Part shown: positions 18,422 through 27,576 of the stretch, piece by piece
Layout: each line of letters opens with the position of its first letter
Position numbering within the stretch: the stretch's first letter is position 1
Origin: an uncultured Chloroflexia bacterium
Lineage (GTDB): Bacteria > Chloroflexota > Anaerolineae > CG2-30-64-16
Length of the DNA: 64,000 bases
NCBI GenBank assembly: GCA_963841825.1
Contig: CAWJEL010000021.1
Span: forward strand, 7,260-71,259
Direction: 5' to 3'
Program-made: the position numbers and the translations under genes
Notes under the pieces: generated by a model
Told to the model about the DNA's origin: nothing
Database searches by the model: none
The model's input: only the letters and a program-made list of their open reading frames with translations

Positions 18422-19290
18422 AGCTGAGTTGTTTGCCCGTTTCCTTCTTCACTGAGATCATCACCGGACGCATGTCGGTCGCAGACTGGGCGCGCATGGG
18501 CGCGGAACTGGGTCTGGACGCGATCGACCTGAGCATCCTCTTCGTGCCCGATCGCTCCCCCGCCGCGGTAGCGGCGCTGCGCCGGGAGATCGAGGCCCAG
18601 GGCATCCGCGTCGCCATGATCACCAGCTACCCCGACTTCACCCACCCGGACGCGCACCAGCGTGAACGGGAGCTGGCGCTGGAACAGGAGGTCATGGCTG
18701 TGGCCGCGAGCCTGGGCGCCGACCTGGTACGCGTGACCGCGGGGCAGGCGCATCCCGAGACCGGCCGCGCCGACGGCGTCGCGTGGGCTGCTGAGGGCTT
18801 GAGCCGGCTCGTCGCAAACACGCACGGCCTCGGTGTGACGCCGGTCTACGAGAACCATGCCAAGCCGGGCGCCTGGACCCACACCGACTTCTCCCAGCCG
18901 CCGGAAATCTTCCTGGAAATCGTGCGGCGAACCGCTGACGCTGGCTTGGGGGTCAACTTCGACGCCGGCAACGCGGCGACCTTTGCCGCTGACCCGTTGG
19001 CGTTGCTCGACGAAGTCATCGGGCGCGTGGTCAGCGTCCATGCGTCCGACTCGGCCGTGCGCGGTGAGCTGCGGCATGTCCTGCTGGGCACCGGGATCAC
19101 GCCATATCCCGCGCTGTTCGCGCGCCTGGCGCAGTTCGGTTGGGACGGCTGGATCTGCATGGAAGAAGCGTCCTTCCAGGGGCGAGCCGGGGTCGAGGCC
19201 GCGGCCAGCTTCATCCGGCGGACATGGCAGGAGGCCCAACGTACGGTCAGCGCCGACAGCAGGCCGGTCGCGAACGCAGCGGGTCGCTAA
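18418..19290 (+). CDS. Sugar phosphate isomerase/epimerase (xylose isomerase-like TIM barrel)
   Basis: 290-aa ORF with ATGA overlap to the aminotransferase. AELGLDAIDL, VYENHAKPGAW and GVNFDAGNA are typical of the AP_endonuc_2 fold. Confidence 0.8.
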   Translation: MKLSCLPVSFFTEIITGRMSVADWARMGAELGLDAIDLSILFVPDRSPAAVAALRREIEAQGIRVAMITSYPDFTHPDAHQRERELALEQEVMAVAASLGADLVRVTAGQAHPETGRADGVAWAAEGLSRLVANTHGLGVTPVYENHAKPGAWTHTDFSQPPEIFLEIVRRTADAGLGVNFDAGNAATFAADPLALLDEVIGRVVSVHASDSAVRGELRHVLLGTGITPYPALFARLAQFGWDGWICMEEASFQGRAGVEAAASFIRRTWQEAQRTVSADSRPVANAAGR

Positions 19291-19439
19291 GCCTGAATAT
19301 CCAGGGCAGAATCCAGAGCGCCGCGAGCGTATTCTTGCAGAGAGACCGACGAGGACTTGTCAAACCGCTCTGCCTGGTAACTACGAAATAAGGTCAGAAA
19401 CTTCGCAACTCCCAAACCCCAACATATGATCTGCCATAA

Positions 19440-19474
19440 GCGCCGGCCCGACCTCCACCGGGCCGGCGCTTTTT
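19440..19474 (+). terminator. Rho-independent terminator
   Basis: GCGCCGGCCCG-ACCTCCAC-CGGGCCGGCGC (11-bp GC stem) followed by TTTTT, 150 nt after the isomerase stop. Confidence 0.8.
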
Positions 19475-19689
19475 GACCCGAAACGTTATAGAATGGGATA
19501 TATTCATCTTTGATAGCTCGCAATTGTATTGTGCAATACTTGAATGATAATAGAAGCGGCGCACAATTCCCAGAAGCAGGATAGGCTGACATTACCACAA
19601 CGGCGCATAATGGGCTGAACACGGATTCAAACGCCTGACGCAACAGGCCAGTTAACACGTTGGGCAGCAGGTGAACAGGAGGGATGCCA

Positions 19690-22021
19690 ATGCCAGTTAC
19701 TCCGACCTACCCGGGCGTATACGTCGAGGAGATCGCCAGCGGCGTGCGCACCATCACGGGAGTCAGCACGTCAGTTACTGCGTTTGTCGGCGCGGCACGG
19801 CGCGGGCCGATCAATGTGGCGGTACGCGTCTTGAGCTTCAGCGACTTCGAGCGACGGTTCGGTGGTCTCAGCGCCGATTCGGAGCTGAGTTATGCGGTGC
19901 GCCAGTTCTTCACGAATGGCGGCAGCGAAGCATGGGTGGTCCGCCTTGCGAAGGATGCCGGCCCAGCGACGCGCATCCTACAGAACGGCAAGCCGGCTAA
20001 CGTCATCGAGCTCACTGCCCAGGACGAAGGTTTCAGCGGTAACGGCATCGAGGTGCGCATCGACACCAAGACCGCGAACCCGGCCAGCACCTTCAATCTG
20101 ACGCTTAACTACACCTCGCAAGCGGCGCCAGACGAGAACCGCAGCGAGGTTTTCCAGAATCTCTCCATGAACAGCCGCGATGCCCGCTACGTGCTGGATA
20201 TAATGCGCAGTTCACAACTCGTGACGGCCAAGCGGCTGGTGACACAACCCGTATTGGATGCGTTGGGTGCCGGCACGAGTCTCAGCGGTGATCTGACTTC
20301 GAGCGGTGCGTTGGTCGATGTGGCAACGCTGAAAGATGCCAACCACGACCAGTTCCAGATTTCCGTTAACGGCTCCACCCCTGTGTCCATCCAAATCACC
20401 GACGCCGACCTGGGTGCCGGTACTCCTGCAGTGCGACTGGCCGCTCTGTGCGCCGCGATCACGGCCAAGATCACAGCCGCGGCGGGAAGCAATCCGCTGG
20501 TGGCTGGCTTCACCTGTGTGCCTGACAGCAACCGCATCCGCATGACTTCCGGCATCACGGGCGAGGCTTCCAGCGTGCGTGTGCTGCCAGGGATTCGCAA
20601 CGATCTTTCGGCTCGCCTGAAGCTAGGGACAGCCAATGACGGTACAGAAACCGATGCCGCGGCCGCGCTTCGTCCTGTGGAAATACCCGATCACGGCGCA
20701 CTCACCGGTGACGTGTTGGCTGCATCTGACGTGCCCGCCAACGCTGCTGATCCCGCTGCGATCCCCAGCGCAACCCATAACAGCTTCAAAATCAGCCTTG
20801 ACGGCGACATTGCGGCCCTCGTCAACCTGGGCCCTACGGCTGTTGGAGGCGGCAGCCTTGAGGACCGACTGGGCATCATCGCTGGCCGGATTCAGATGGC
20901 CGTGCGTGCCCTCAAGCCGGCCAAGCCCGCTTATCGCGACTTCACGGCTACGGTCAGTAGCACCAAACAGCTTGTCCTGACATCCGGCTCGCGCGGGGCG
21001 GGTTCGTCTGTCGTCGTCGGCGCCGCCGATAACAACGACATCGCCGCCAACCTCAAATTGCTGGCAGGGGCCACGACCACGCTGCCGCAGAACATTATGT
21101 TGCAGGGCGGCACTGAGAGTGCCTACACCGCGGACGGGGCCTATAACCTCTTCATTGGCAACCGTTCGCTGCGCAAAGGCATCTACGCACTCGAATCGGT
21201 CGATCTGTTCAACATCTTGTGCCTGCCAGGGGTAAGCGATGCGGGCATCCTGCAGGATGCGGATGCGTACTGCCAGGAGCGGCGGGCCTTCTTAATCATC
21301 GACCCGCCGGAGACTTCGACAAAGCCCGACGCTATGGGCGCCTTGGCCACAGGCAGCTCGTTGCCCAAGTCCAAGAATTCCGCAGTGTACTACCCATGGA
21401 TCTCGGTCGCCGATCCACTCAATGGTGGCAAGCTGCGCAACACCGCTCCCAGCGGCGCCCTCGCCGGCCTCTATGCGCGCACCGATGCCACCCGCGGCGT
21501 GTGGAAGGCGCCGGCCGGCACCGAGGCCACCCTGGTGGGCGCCCAGGGCGTTGCCTACCCCCTTACCGATGGAGAAAACGGCACACTGAACCCCCTGGGC
21601 GTCAACTGCATCCGCACTTTCCCCGTCTTCGGCACGATCTCTTGGGGCGCTCGGACATTCCGCGGCGCCGATCAGATGGCCGATGAGTGGAAATACGTTC
21701 CTGTCCGCCGCACAGCGCTCTACATCGAGGAAAGCCTGTACCGCGGGCTGAAGTGGGTGGTCTTCGAGCCAAATGACGAGCCACTATGGGCGCAGATTCG
21801 ACTTAATGCCGGAGCGTTCATGCACAATCTTTTCCGGCAGGGCGCTTTCGCCGGCAAAACCCACGCGCGAGGCCTACTTCGTCAAGTGCGACAGGGAGAC
21901 AACCACCCAGAATGATGTCAATCTCGGCATCGTCAACGTTCTGGTTGGCTTTGCCCCGCTCAAGCCGGCGGAGTTCGTGATCATCAAACTCCAGCAGATG
22001 GCCGGCCAGATCGAGGCATGA
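19690..22021 (+). pseudogene. Contractile tail sheath protein (Afp2/Pvc2-like), frameshifted as sequenced near 21859
   Basis: MPVTPTYPGVYVEEIASGVRTITGVSTSVTAFVGAA is a sheath N-terminus. GGAGG lies 7 nt before ATG 19690. The conserved C-terminus EAYFVKCDRETTTQNDVNLGIVNVLVGFAPLKPAEFVIIKL is in the +1 frame (ORF 21773-22021), with the break at the AAAA run 21856-21859. Confidence 0.9.
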
Positions 22022-22031
22022 GGGGGACACC

Positions 22032-22550
22032 ATGGCACAATTCACGGTCAACGCGCAACGGTTCGATCCGTACAAGAACTTCAAATTCCGCGTCAAATGG
22101 GACGGTCGCTACGTGGCAGGCGTCAGCAAAGTCGGCGCGCTCAAGCGCACCACCGAGGTTGTCAAGCATCGGGAAGGCGGCGATCCCAGCAGCACCCGCA
22201 AGTCGCCGGGCCGCACCGAGTACGAGGCGATCACGCTGGAACGCGGGGTAACACACGACGCTGAGTTCGAGCAGTGGGCCAACAAGGTCTGGAACTTTGG
22301 CTCGGGCCTGGGCGCCGAGGTCTCGCTGAAGGACTTCCGCAAGGACATCCTCATCGAGGTCTACAACGAGGCGGGCCAACTGGCCCTGACCTACAAAGTG
22401 TACCGCTGCTGGGTTTCCGAATTCCAGGCCCAGGCCGATCTGGACGCCAACGCAAACGCCGTATTGATCCAGCACATCAAACTGGAGAATGAGGGCTGGG
22501 AGCGTGATCGGGAGGTGCCCGAACCGAGTGAACCAATCCTGGCCGCCTAA
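22032..22550 (+). CDS. Tail tube protein (T4 gp19-like, Afp1/Pvc1 class)
   Basis: 172 aa. FDPYKNFKFRVKWDGRYVAGVSKV...YEAITLERGVTHD...WVSEFQA pattern of eCIS/T6SS-like tube proteins. Confidence 0.9.
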   Translation: MAQFTVNAQRFDPYKNFKFRVKWDGRYVAGVSKVGALKRTTEVVKHREGGDPSSTRKSPGRTEYEAITLERGVTHDAEFEQWANKVWNFGSGLGAEVSLKDFRKDILIEVYNEAGQLALTYKVYRCWVSEFQAQADLDANANAVLIQHIKLENEGWERDREVPEPSEPILAA

Positions 22551-22552
22551 AG

Positions 22553-23272
22553 ATGCCAGCGCCCACTTCAGCAGCGAAACTATTGGACACCTGGGAGCAA
22601 GGTCTGGGCAAATCGCAAGCTCTGCAGGCGCTGGCTCTTTTGCACCAAGCCCGGCCGGACACCGAGCGGGTCACACTGGAGCGCCTGACCATCGGCCAGC
22701 GCAATGCCGACCTGTTGGCGCTGCGCGAGCAACTGTTCGGCCCGGAGCTGACGGCGCTGGCAAATTGCCCCAACTGCGGCGAGACGCTGGACCTCAGCTT
22801 CCGGACGGCTGATATTCGTACGTCACCTCCGCCAATAACGGATGAGCGGACGGGGGCAGAGATTCTGCATGACGGCCACCGGATACGGTTCCGCCCTCCG
22901 GACACCGCTGACCTGCTGGCGGTGGGGCAGGTGGCAGACGCGACGGCTTTCCGTCAGGCACTGCTGGCACGCTGCGTGGACGCGTCACCCGATACATTGC
23001 CGGGGGCACTGCTCGACGAGATCGTGGCACGCATGGCCGAGGCCGACCCGGCGGCTGATGTGCGGTTGGACTTGACTTGCCCTGCCTGTACCCATGCGTG
23101 GCAGGCGCCCTTTGATATCGTCTCCTTCCTGTGGCGCGAAGTGGACAACTGGGCCGGACGGATCCTGCGTGAGGTACACCTGCTGGCGTCGGCCTACGGC
23201 TGGCGCGAGGCGGACATCCTGGGATTGAGCGCGCAGCGCCGGCAGCGTTACCTGGACATGATCGGCGGATGA
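22553..23272 (+). CDS. Conserved eCIS accessory protein with a split zinc ribbon (CPNCGE ... CPACTH); possibly a T4 gp51-like baseplate assembly factor
   Basis: 239-aa ORF tightly packed between the tube and the next gene. Two CxxC pairs. The functional label is from recollection of similar loci, not demonstrable here. Confidence 0.5.
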   Translation: MPAPTSAAKLLDTWEQGLGKSQALQALALLHQARPDTERVTLERLTIGQRNADLLALREQLFGPELTALANCPNCGETLDLSFRTADIRTSPPPITDERTGAEILHDGHRIRFRPPDTADLLAVGQVADATAFRQALLARCVDASPDTLPGALLDEIVARMAEADPAADVRLDLTCPACTHAWQAPFDIVSFLWREVDNWAGRILREVHLLASAYGWREADILGLSAQRRQRYLDMIGG

Positions 23273-23278
23273 AGAGCC

Positions 23279-24018
23279 ATGAGTGATGACTTCCTGAGCA
23301 ACCTTGCCGCCCAAGCATTGGGCATGACTGGCGCGATACGCCCCCGGGTGGCCTCCTACTTCGAGCCGCGCGCGGCCGGTGGTGTCCTCCGGCGAGGGCG
23401 GCCGGAGCCGGCTGAGATTGAGTTGGATGCGCATCCCGCGCCGATCTCCCCGAGCGGGATGTGCAGAGGCCGGATCTCGGCACGATCAACCCAATGGCCG
23501 GGCGGGTCATGACCTGGGACATCGAGGCCAAGAAGCCGGCGCCCGTCGATGCTCCCCCGCGCCCAAGTCTCACCGCTGATCCTGGGCATGCGGAAAACGC
23601 AGGTGAAACAGAGGGCCTCAGAGTGCCGGTGCGGCGAGAGTTGACTGCCGGGCCGCCCGCCTCCGCATCGCCCATCCCCGCCCCCGATGCACCGGGTCAG
23701 CGCCGCACTGCCACTGCCGTCCGGGAGGCGACGGAGCATTCCACGACTGACGACCTAACCCCACGGTCGGCTGCGATCGTGCCGAAGATCACGCCGGCCC
23801 GGCAGGGCACTGTCCCTACTCAGACGCAGCGAACGGTTCAGCAAACCCACCGTCCGCAGGCGTCGGCTGACAGCGGGCCCACGATCCAGGTGACCATCGG
23901 TCGCGTGGAGGTACGCGCGATGACCTCCACACCCGCAGGGCCGGCGCGGCCCCCGGCGGCGCCGATTATGACCCTGGAGGAATACCTGCGCCGCAAGACG
24001 GAGCGAGGGACCCCATGA
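23279..24018 (+). pseudogene. Pro/Ala-rich protein in the tape-measure position (Afp14-like slot), probably one gene split by a frame change near 23420-23510
   Basis: N-terminal ORF 23279-23512 (MSDDFLSNLAAQALG...RPRVASYFEP) and ORF 23461-24018 ending ...IQVTIGRVEVRA...TLEEYLRRK overlap in different frames. The join position is not resolvable by eye. Confidence 0.45.
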
Positions 24019-25271
24019 GCAGCCCACTTGCCATCGCTGTGGTTACGGCTGTGCTGAAAGATCTGCTCAACGACGGCCTGATCAACAATGACCTGGCGGC
24101 TCACGTAGGCAGCATTACGGTCAGCGCGCTGCCGCCTGATCGCATCGAGACCGGTGCACAGGAGCCGAACCAGCTCAACCTGTTTCTGTATCAGGTGACG
24201 CCGAACTCCGGCTGGCGCAACACCGGCCTGCCCTCGCTTGACAGCCGGGGCGATGGCCGGCTCGGCAACCCGCCGCTGGCGCTCGATCTGCACTACCTGC
24301 TCACCGCTTACGGCCATGAAGATCTGAACGCCGAGATCCTGCTGGGGTACGGCATGTACCTGCTCCACAAGACGCCGGTGCTGACGCGCAAGGCCATCCG
24401 CAAGACGCTGAGCAACACCTCGCCCGTCACCGCGGCGCTCATGCCAGCCTCGGTGACGGAGCGCACTGCCGCCGACCTGGCCGACCAGATTGAGCAAGTC
24501 AAACTCACGCCGCAGACCATGAACACCGAAGAATTTTCGAAACTCTGGTCGGCGCTTCAGGCACGTTACCGCCCATCCGCGGCCTACGTTGCCTCCGTGG
24601 TGTTGATCCAGGAAACGGCGCCGGTGCCAGCGGCCATCCCGGTACGCCAGCCTGTCGTCGCGGTCACACCCATCCGTCGCCCGTTCATTGCCGAACTGGA
24701 ACCACAAGCCGTTCTCGCGGGCGGGACGCTGGCGATCAAGGGGTTTAACCTCAAGGGCGCCAGCACGGTGGTGAGGTTCGGCGCGAGCACGGTGTCCGTC
24801 AGCCCGGCCAGCGACGAACGTATCGATGTGTCACCGCCTGCCGGCCTGCGTGCGGGTGTCAATACCGTCCAGGTGCTCCACGAGGTGAGCCTGGGCAAGC
24901 CTCCGACGCCGCACCCGGGCGCCGGGTTCGAATCCAACGTGGTGGCGTTCACGCTGGCGCCGCGCATCACCAGCGCCCCGCCCTTAACGGTCGCCCGCGG
25001 GGGGACGCTGGCGCTCGGTGTGAAGCCGCCGGTCGCGAGCGACCAACGCGTGCTCCTGCTGATTGGCGACCAGGCGCTCCCCCTGCCAGCGCGAGACACT
25101 GCCGACCCGCCGGCGACGACGCTCAGCCTTCCCATCCCAGCCAGCCTGTCACCGGGCACGTTCCTGCTGCGGATCCAGGTGGACGGTGCCCAAAGCCTGC
25201 TTGCGGTGGACACAGATCAAGACAGCCCAACATTCAACCAATACATCGGCCCACAGGTGACGATCACATGA
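24015..25271 (+). CDS. Tail terminator/cap protein (DUF4255, Afp16/Pvc16-like) with a C-terminal Ig-like (IPT/TIG-like) extension
   Basis: N-terminus AVVTAVLKDLL...LNLFLYQVTPNSGWRN...PPLALDLHYLLTAYG matches the DUF4255 pattern. C-terminal half has beta-rich repeats (LAIKGFNLKGASTVVRFG...VNTVQVLH). ATGA overlap upstream. Confidence 0.8.
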   Translation: MSSPLAIAVVTAVLKDLLNDGLINNDLAAHVGSITVSALPPDRIETGAQEPNQLNLFLYQVTPNSGWRNTGLPSLDSRGDGRLGNPPLALDLHYLLTAYGHEDLNAEILLGYGMYLLHKTPVLTRKAIRKTLSNTSPVTAALMPASVTERTAADLADQIEQVKLTPQTMNTEEFSKLWSALQARYRPSAAYVASVVLIQETAPVPAAIPVRQPVVAVTPIRRPFIAELEPQAVLAGGTLAIKGFNLKGASTVVRFGASTVSVSPASDERIDVSPPAGLRAGVNTVQVLHEVSLGKPPTPHPGAGFESNVVAFTLAPRITSAPPLTVARGGTLALGVKPPVASDQRVLLLIGDQALPLPARDTADPPATTLSLPIPASLSPGTFLLRIQVDGAQSLLAVDTDQDSPTFNQYIGPQVTIT

Positions 25272-27295
25272 TAGAGCTGGCGCGCTGGCAGCAAAACAAC
25301 GAAGCCCACCTGGCTGCGGGCCTGAGCTGGCTGCGCGCCCGCCTAACGTCGCTGGCCGATGAGCCGGCCGGAGCAGGGCGAGTTGGCGACTCGCCTGATG
25401 AAGGGAGTTGGCACTTCGACATGCGCCTTCGCGCGGTGGCCGAAACCCAAGCCGCCATGCAGGCTGCTGAGGAGGTATCCGCGGCATCCACGGATACCTC
25501 CGATATGCCCCCAGCACTCGCCATCCTGAGTGAGCGCTTGGGGTTGTCACGTTTCGAGGCACAGGTGCTGCTGCTGTGCGCGGGGATGGAGCTGGACACG
25601 CGCCTGGCTGGGCTGTGCGCCCGCGCCCAGGACGACCCCGGCAGGCCGCATCCCACCTTCGGGCTGGCGCTGGCCGCGCTGGAAGAACCCGCCTGGGAGG
25701 CGCTCGCGCCCGACCGGCCGCTGCGTTACTGGCGATTGATCGAAATCAATCAGCCTGGGGCGCAGCCGCTCATCGCCAGCGCCCTGCGCGCCGATGAGCG
25801 CATCGTCCATTACCTGAAGGGGCTGAACACCCTCGACGACCGCTTCGAGGCGCTGCTGACGCCCATGGACGGCCGCGAGCACACGCTCCCGCCATCCCAG
25901 CGCGCCACGGCCGAAGAGATCGCCCACGAGTTGCGCCGCGCGGCGGCCGCGGGACGCCTGCCCGCGGCCCAGTTCACCGGCCCGCACGCCGCCAGCAAGC
26001 GTCTGATCGCCGGGCACGTCGCGGCGCTGTTGGGGGTGCAATCCCACAGCCTGACGGCCGAGACCCTGCCGACGAACCCGGCCGAGCTAGAAACCTTCGC
26101 CCGCCTGTGGCAGCGCGAGACGATCCTCCTGCCGCTGGCGCTATACGTCGACGCCTCCGAGACTGACCCGATCGGCCCACAGATGGCGGCGCTTGAAACG
26201 TCTGCTGGCGCGCAGCCGCGGCATATTCTTCCTGGACGTCCGCGAGGTGATTACCGGCTTGTCCGAATCAATCCCTGCGTTCGAGATCGCCCAGCCCACC
26301 GCGGCGGAGCAATACGAGCTTTGGGCCGGCGCGCTGGGGCCGCTCGAAGACGAGGCGCCATCCACGCTCGCCGCTCAGTTCAACCTGGATCCCGCGACAA
26401 TTGCGCAAACTGCTGCGACCGCTCAACTGGACGGTGCGGGCGCCGATAGGGTGATCGACCGGCTGTGGCAAGCGTGCCGGAGCGCAAGCCGGCCCCGGCT
26501 GGAGTCGCTGGCCCAGCGGCTGGAGCCGATGGCGACGTGGGACGACCTGGTGCTGCCCCCGGACACGACGGCGCTGCTGCGGCAGATCACCGACCAGGTG
26601 CGGCAACGGTTGCGCGTATACGATAGCTGGGGCTTCCGCGCGAAGATGAACCGTGGGCTCGGCATCAGCGCCCTGTTTGCCGGCGAGAGCGGCACGGGCA
26701 AGACGATGGCAGCCGAGGTGCTGGCCAACGACCTGCGGCTTGACCTATACCGGATCGACCTGTCGGCGGTGGTCAGCAAGTACATCGGCGAGACCGAGAA
26801 GAACTTGCGGCGCCTGTTCGACGCGGCTGAGGATGGCGGCGCCATCCTCTTCTTCGATGAGGCGGATGCGCTCTTCGGAAAACGCAGCGAGGTTAAGGAC
26901 AGCCACGACCGCTACGCTAACATCGAGATCAATTACCTGTTGCAGCGCATGGAAGCGTACCGGGGCCTGGCGATCCTGGCGACCAACATGAAGAGCGCGC
27001 TCGACTCGGCCTTCATGCGGCGGCTGCGTTTCATCGTCAGCTTCCCGTTCCCTGCCCTGCCCGAGCGCCGGCGTGATGTGGCAGAAAGTCTTCCCGCCGC
27101 AGGCGCCGGTGGCCGGATTGGATTACGACCAGTTGGCGCGGCTCAACCTGACCGGCGGCCTGATCCACAACATCGCGCTCAACGCGGCTTTCATGGCCGC
27201 GAGCCAGCAGCCGGCTCTGATCACCATGCCGATCGCTGCTGGAAGCGGTCCGGGGCGAGCTGCGCAAACTCGACCGGCCGACCAATGGGATTTAG
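25268..27295 (+). pseudogene. AAA+ ATPase (Afp15/Pvc15-like), three frame changes as sequenced (about 26195, 27072, 27235)
   Basis: Frame 2 ORF 25268- is good to ...ASETDPIGPQMAA. Frame 0 continues LKRLLARSRGIFFLDV...GESGTGKTMAAE (Walker A)...ILFFDEADALFGKR (Walker B)...FPFPALPERR. Frame 1 gives MWQKVFPP...LTGGLIHNIALNAAFMAA...ITMP. Frame 2 again gives LLEAVRGELRKLDRPTNGI-stop (27293-27295). Confidence 0.85.
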
Positions 27296-27298
27296 CCG

Positions 27299-27576
27299 AT
27301 GAAAATTCACGTCCACGTCGAGCGCCTCATCCTGGACGGGCTGCCCCTGGGCCCCGGCGACGGGCGCGCGTGCAGACAGCGGTCGAGGCGGAGCTCGTTC
27401 GCTTGTTGGCTGCGAGCAGCACGGCTGAAGGCGGCATCGCGCAGGCGTGGCCGGCGGGTGGCGCCGTGCCCGATGTGCCGGCCGCGCCCATCCAGCTCAA
27501 CGCGGGCGCGCGCCCCGCCGAGATCGGCGGGCAGATCGCACACAGCGTTTATGGCGGCATCGGAGGGAAGCGGTGA
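27299..27576 (+). pseudogene. Small conserved protein preceding the DUF4157 effectors; one frame change near 27366
   Basis: MKIHVHVERLILDGLPLGPGDG in frame 2, then ARVQTAVEAELVRLLAAS...IAHSVYGGIGGKR-stop in frame 1. The stop overlaps the GTG start of the next gene (GTGA at 27573-27576). Confidence 0.6.

Noticed and set aside
19287-19658. 123-aa minus-strand ORF in the AT-rich region upstream of the sheath gene
   Set aside because: No RBS and no homology. It spans a terminator and a promoter-like region, and its composition is atypical of the genome's genes.
21850-21866. Programmed ribosomal frameshift in the sheath gene (and elsewhere in the tail operon)
   Set aside because: No X XXY YYZ slippery heptamer or stop-codon-stimulated +1 site lies at the junction. 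The conserved sheath C-terminus is essential rather than an optional extension. Equivalent breaks also occur in unrelated genes (aminotransferase, efflux adaptor, GT2, MttB).
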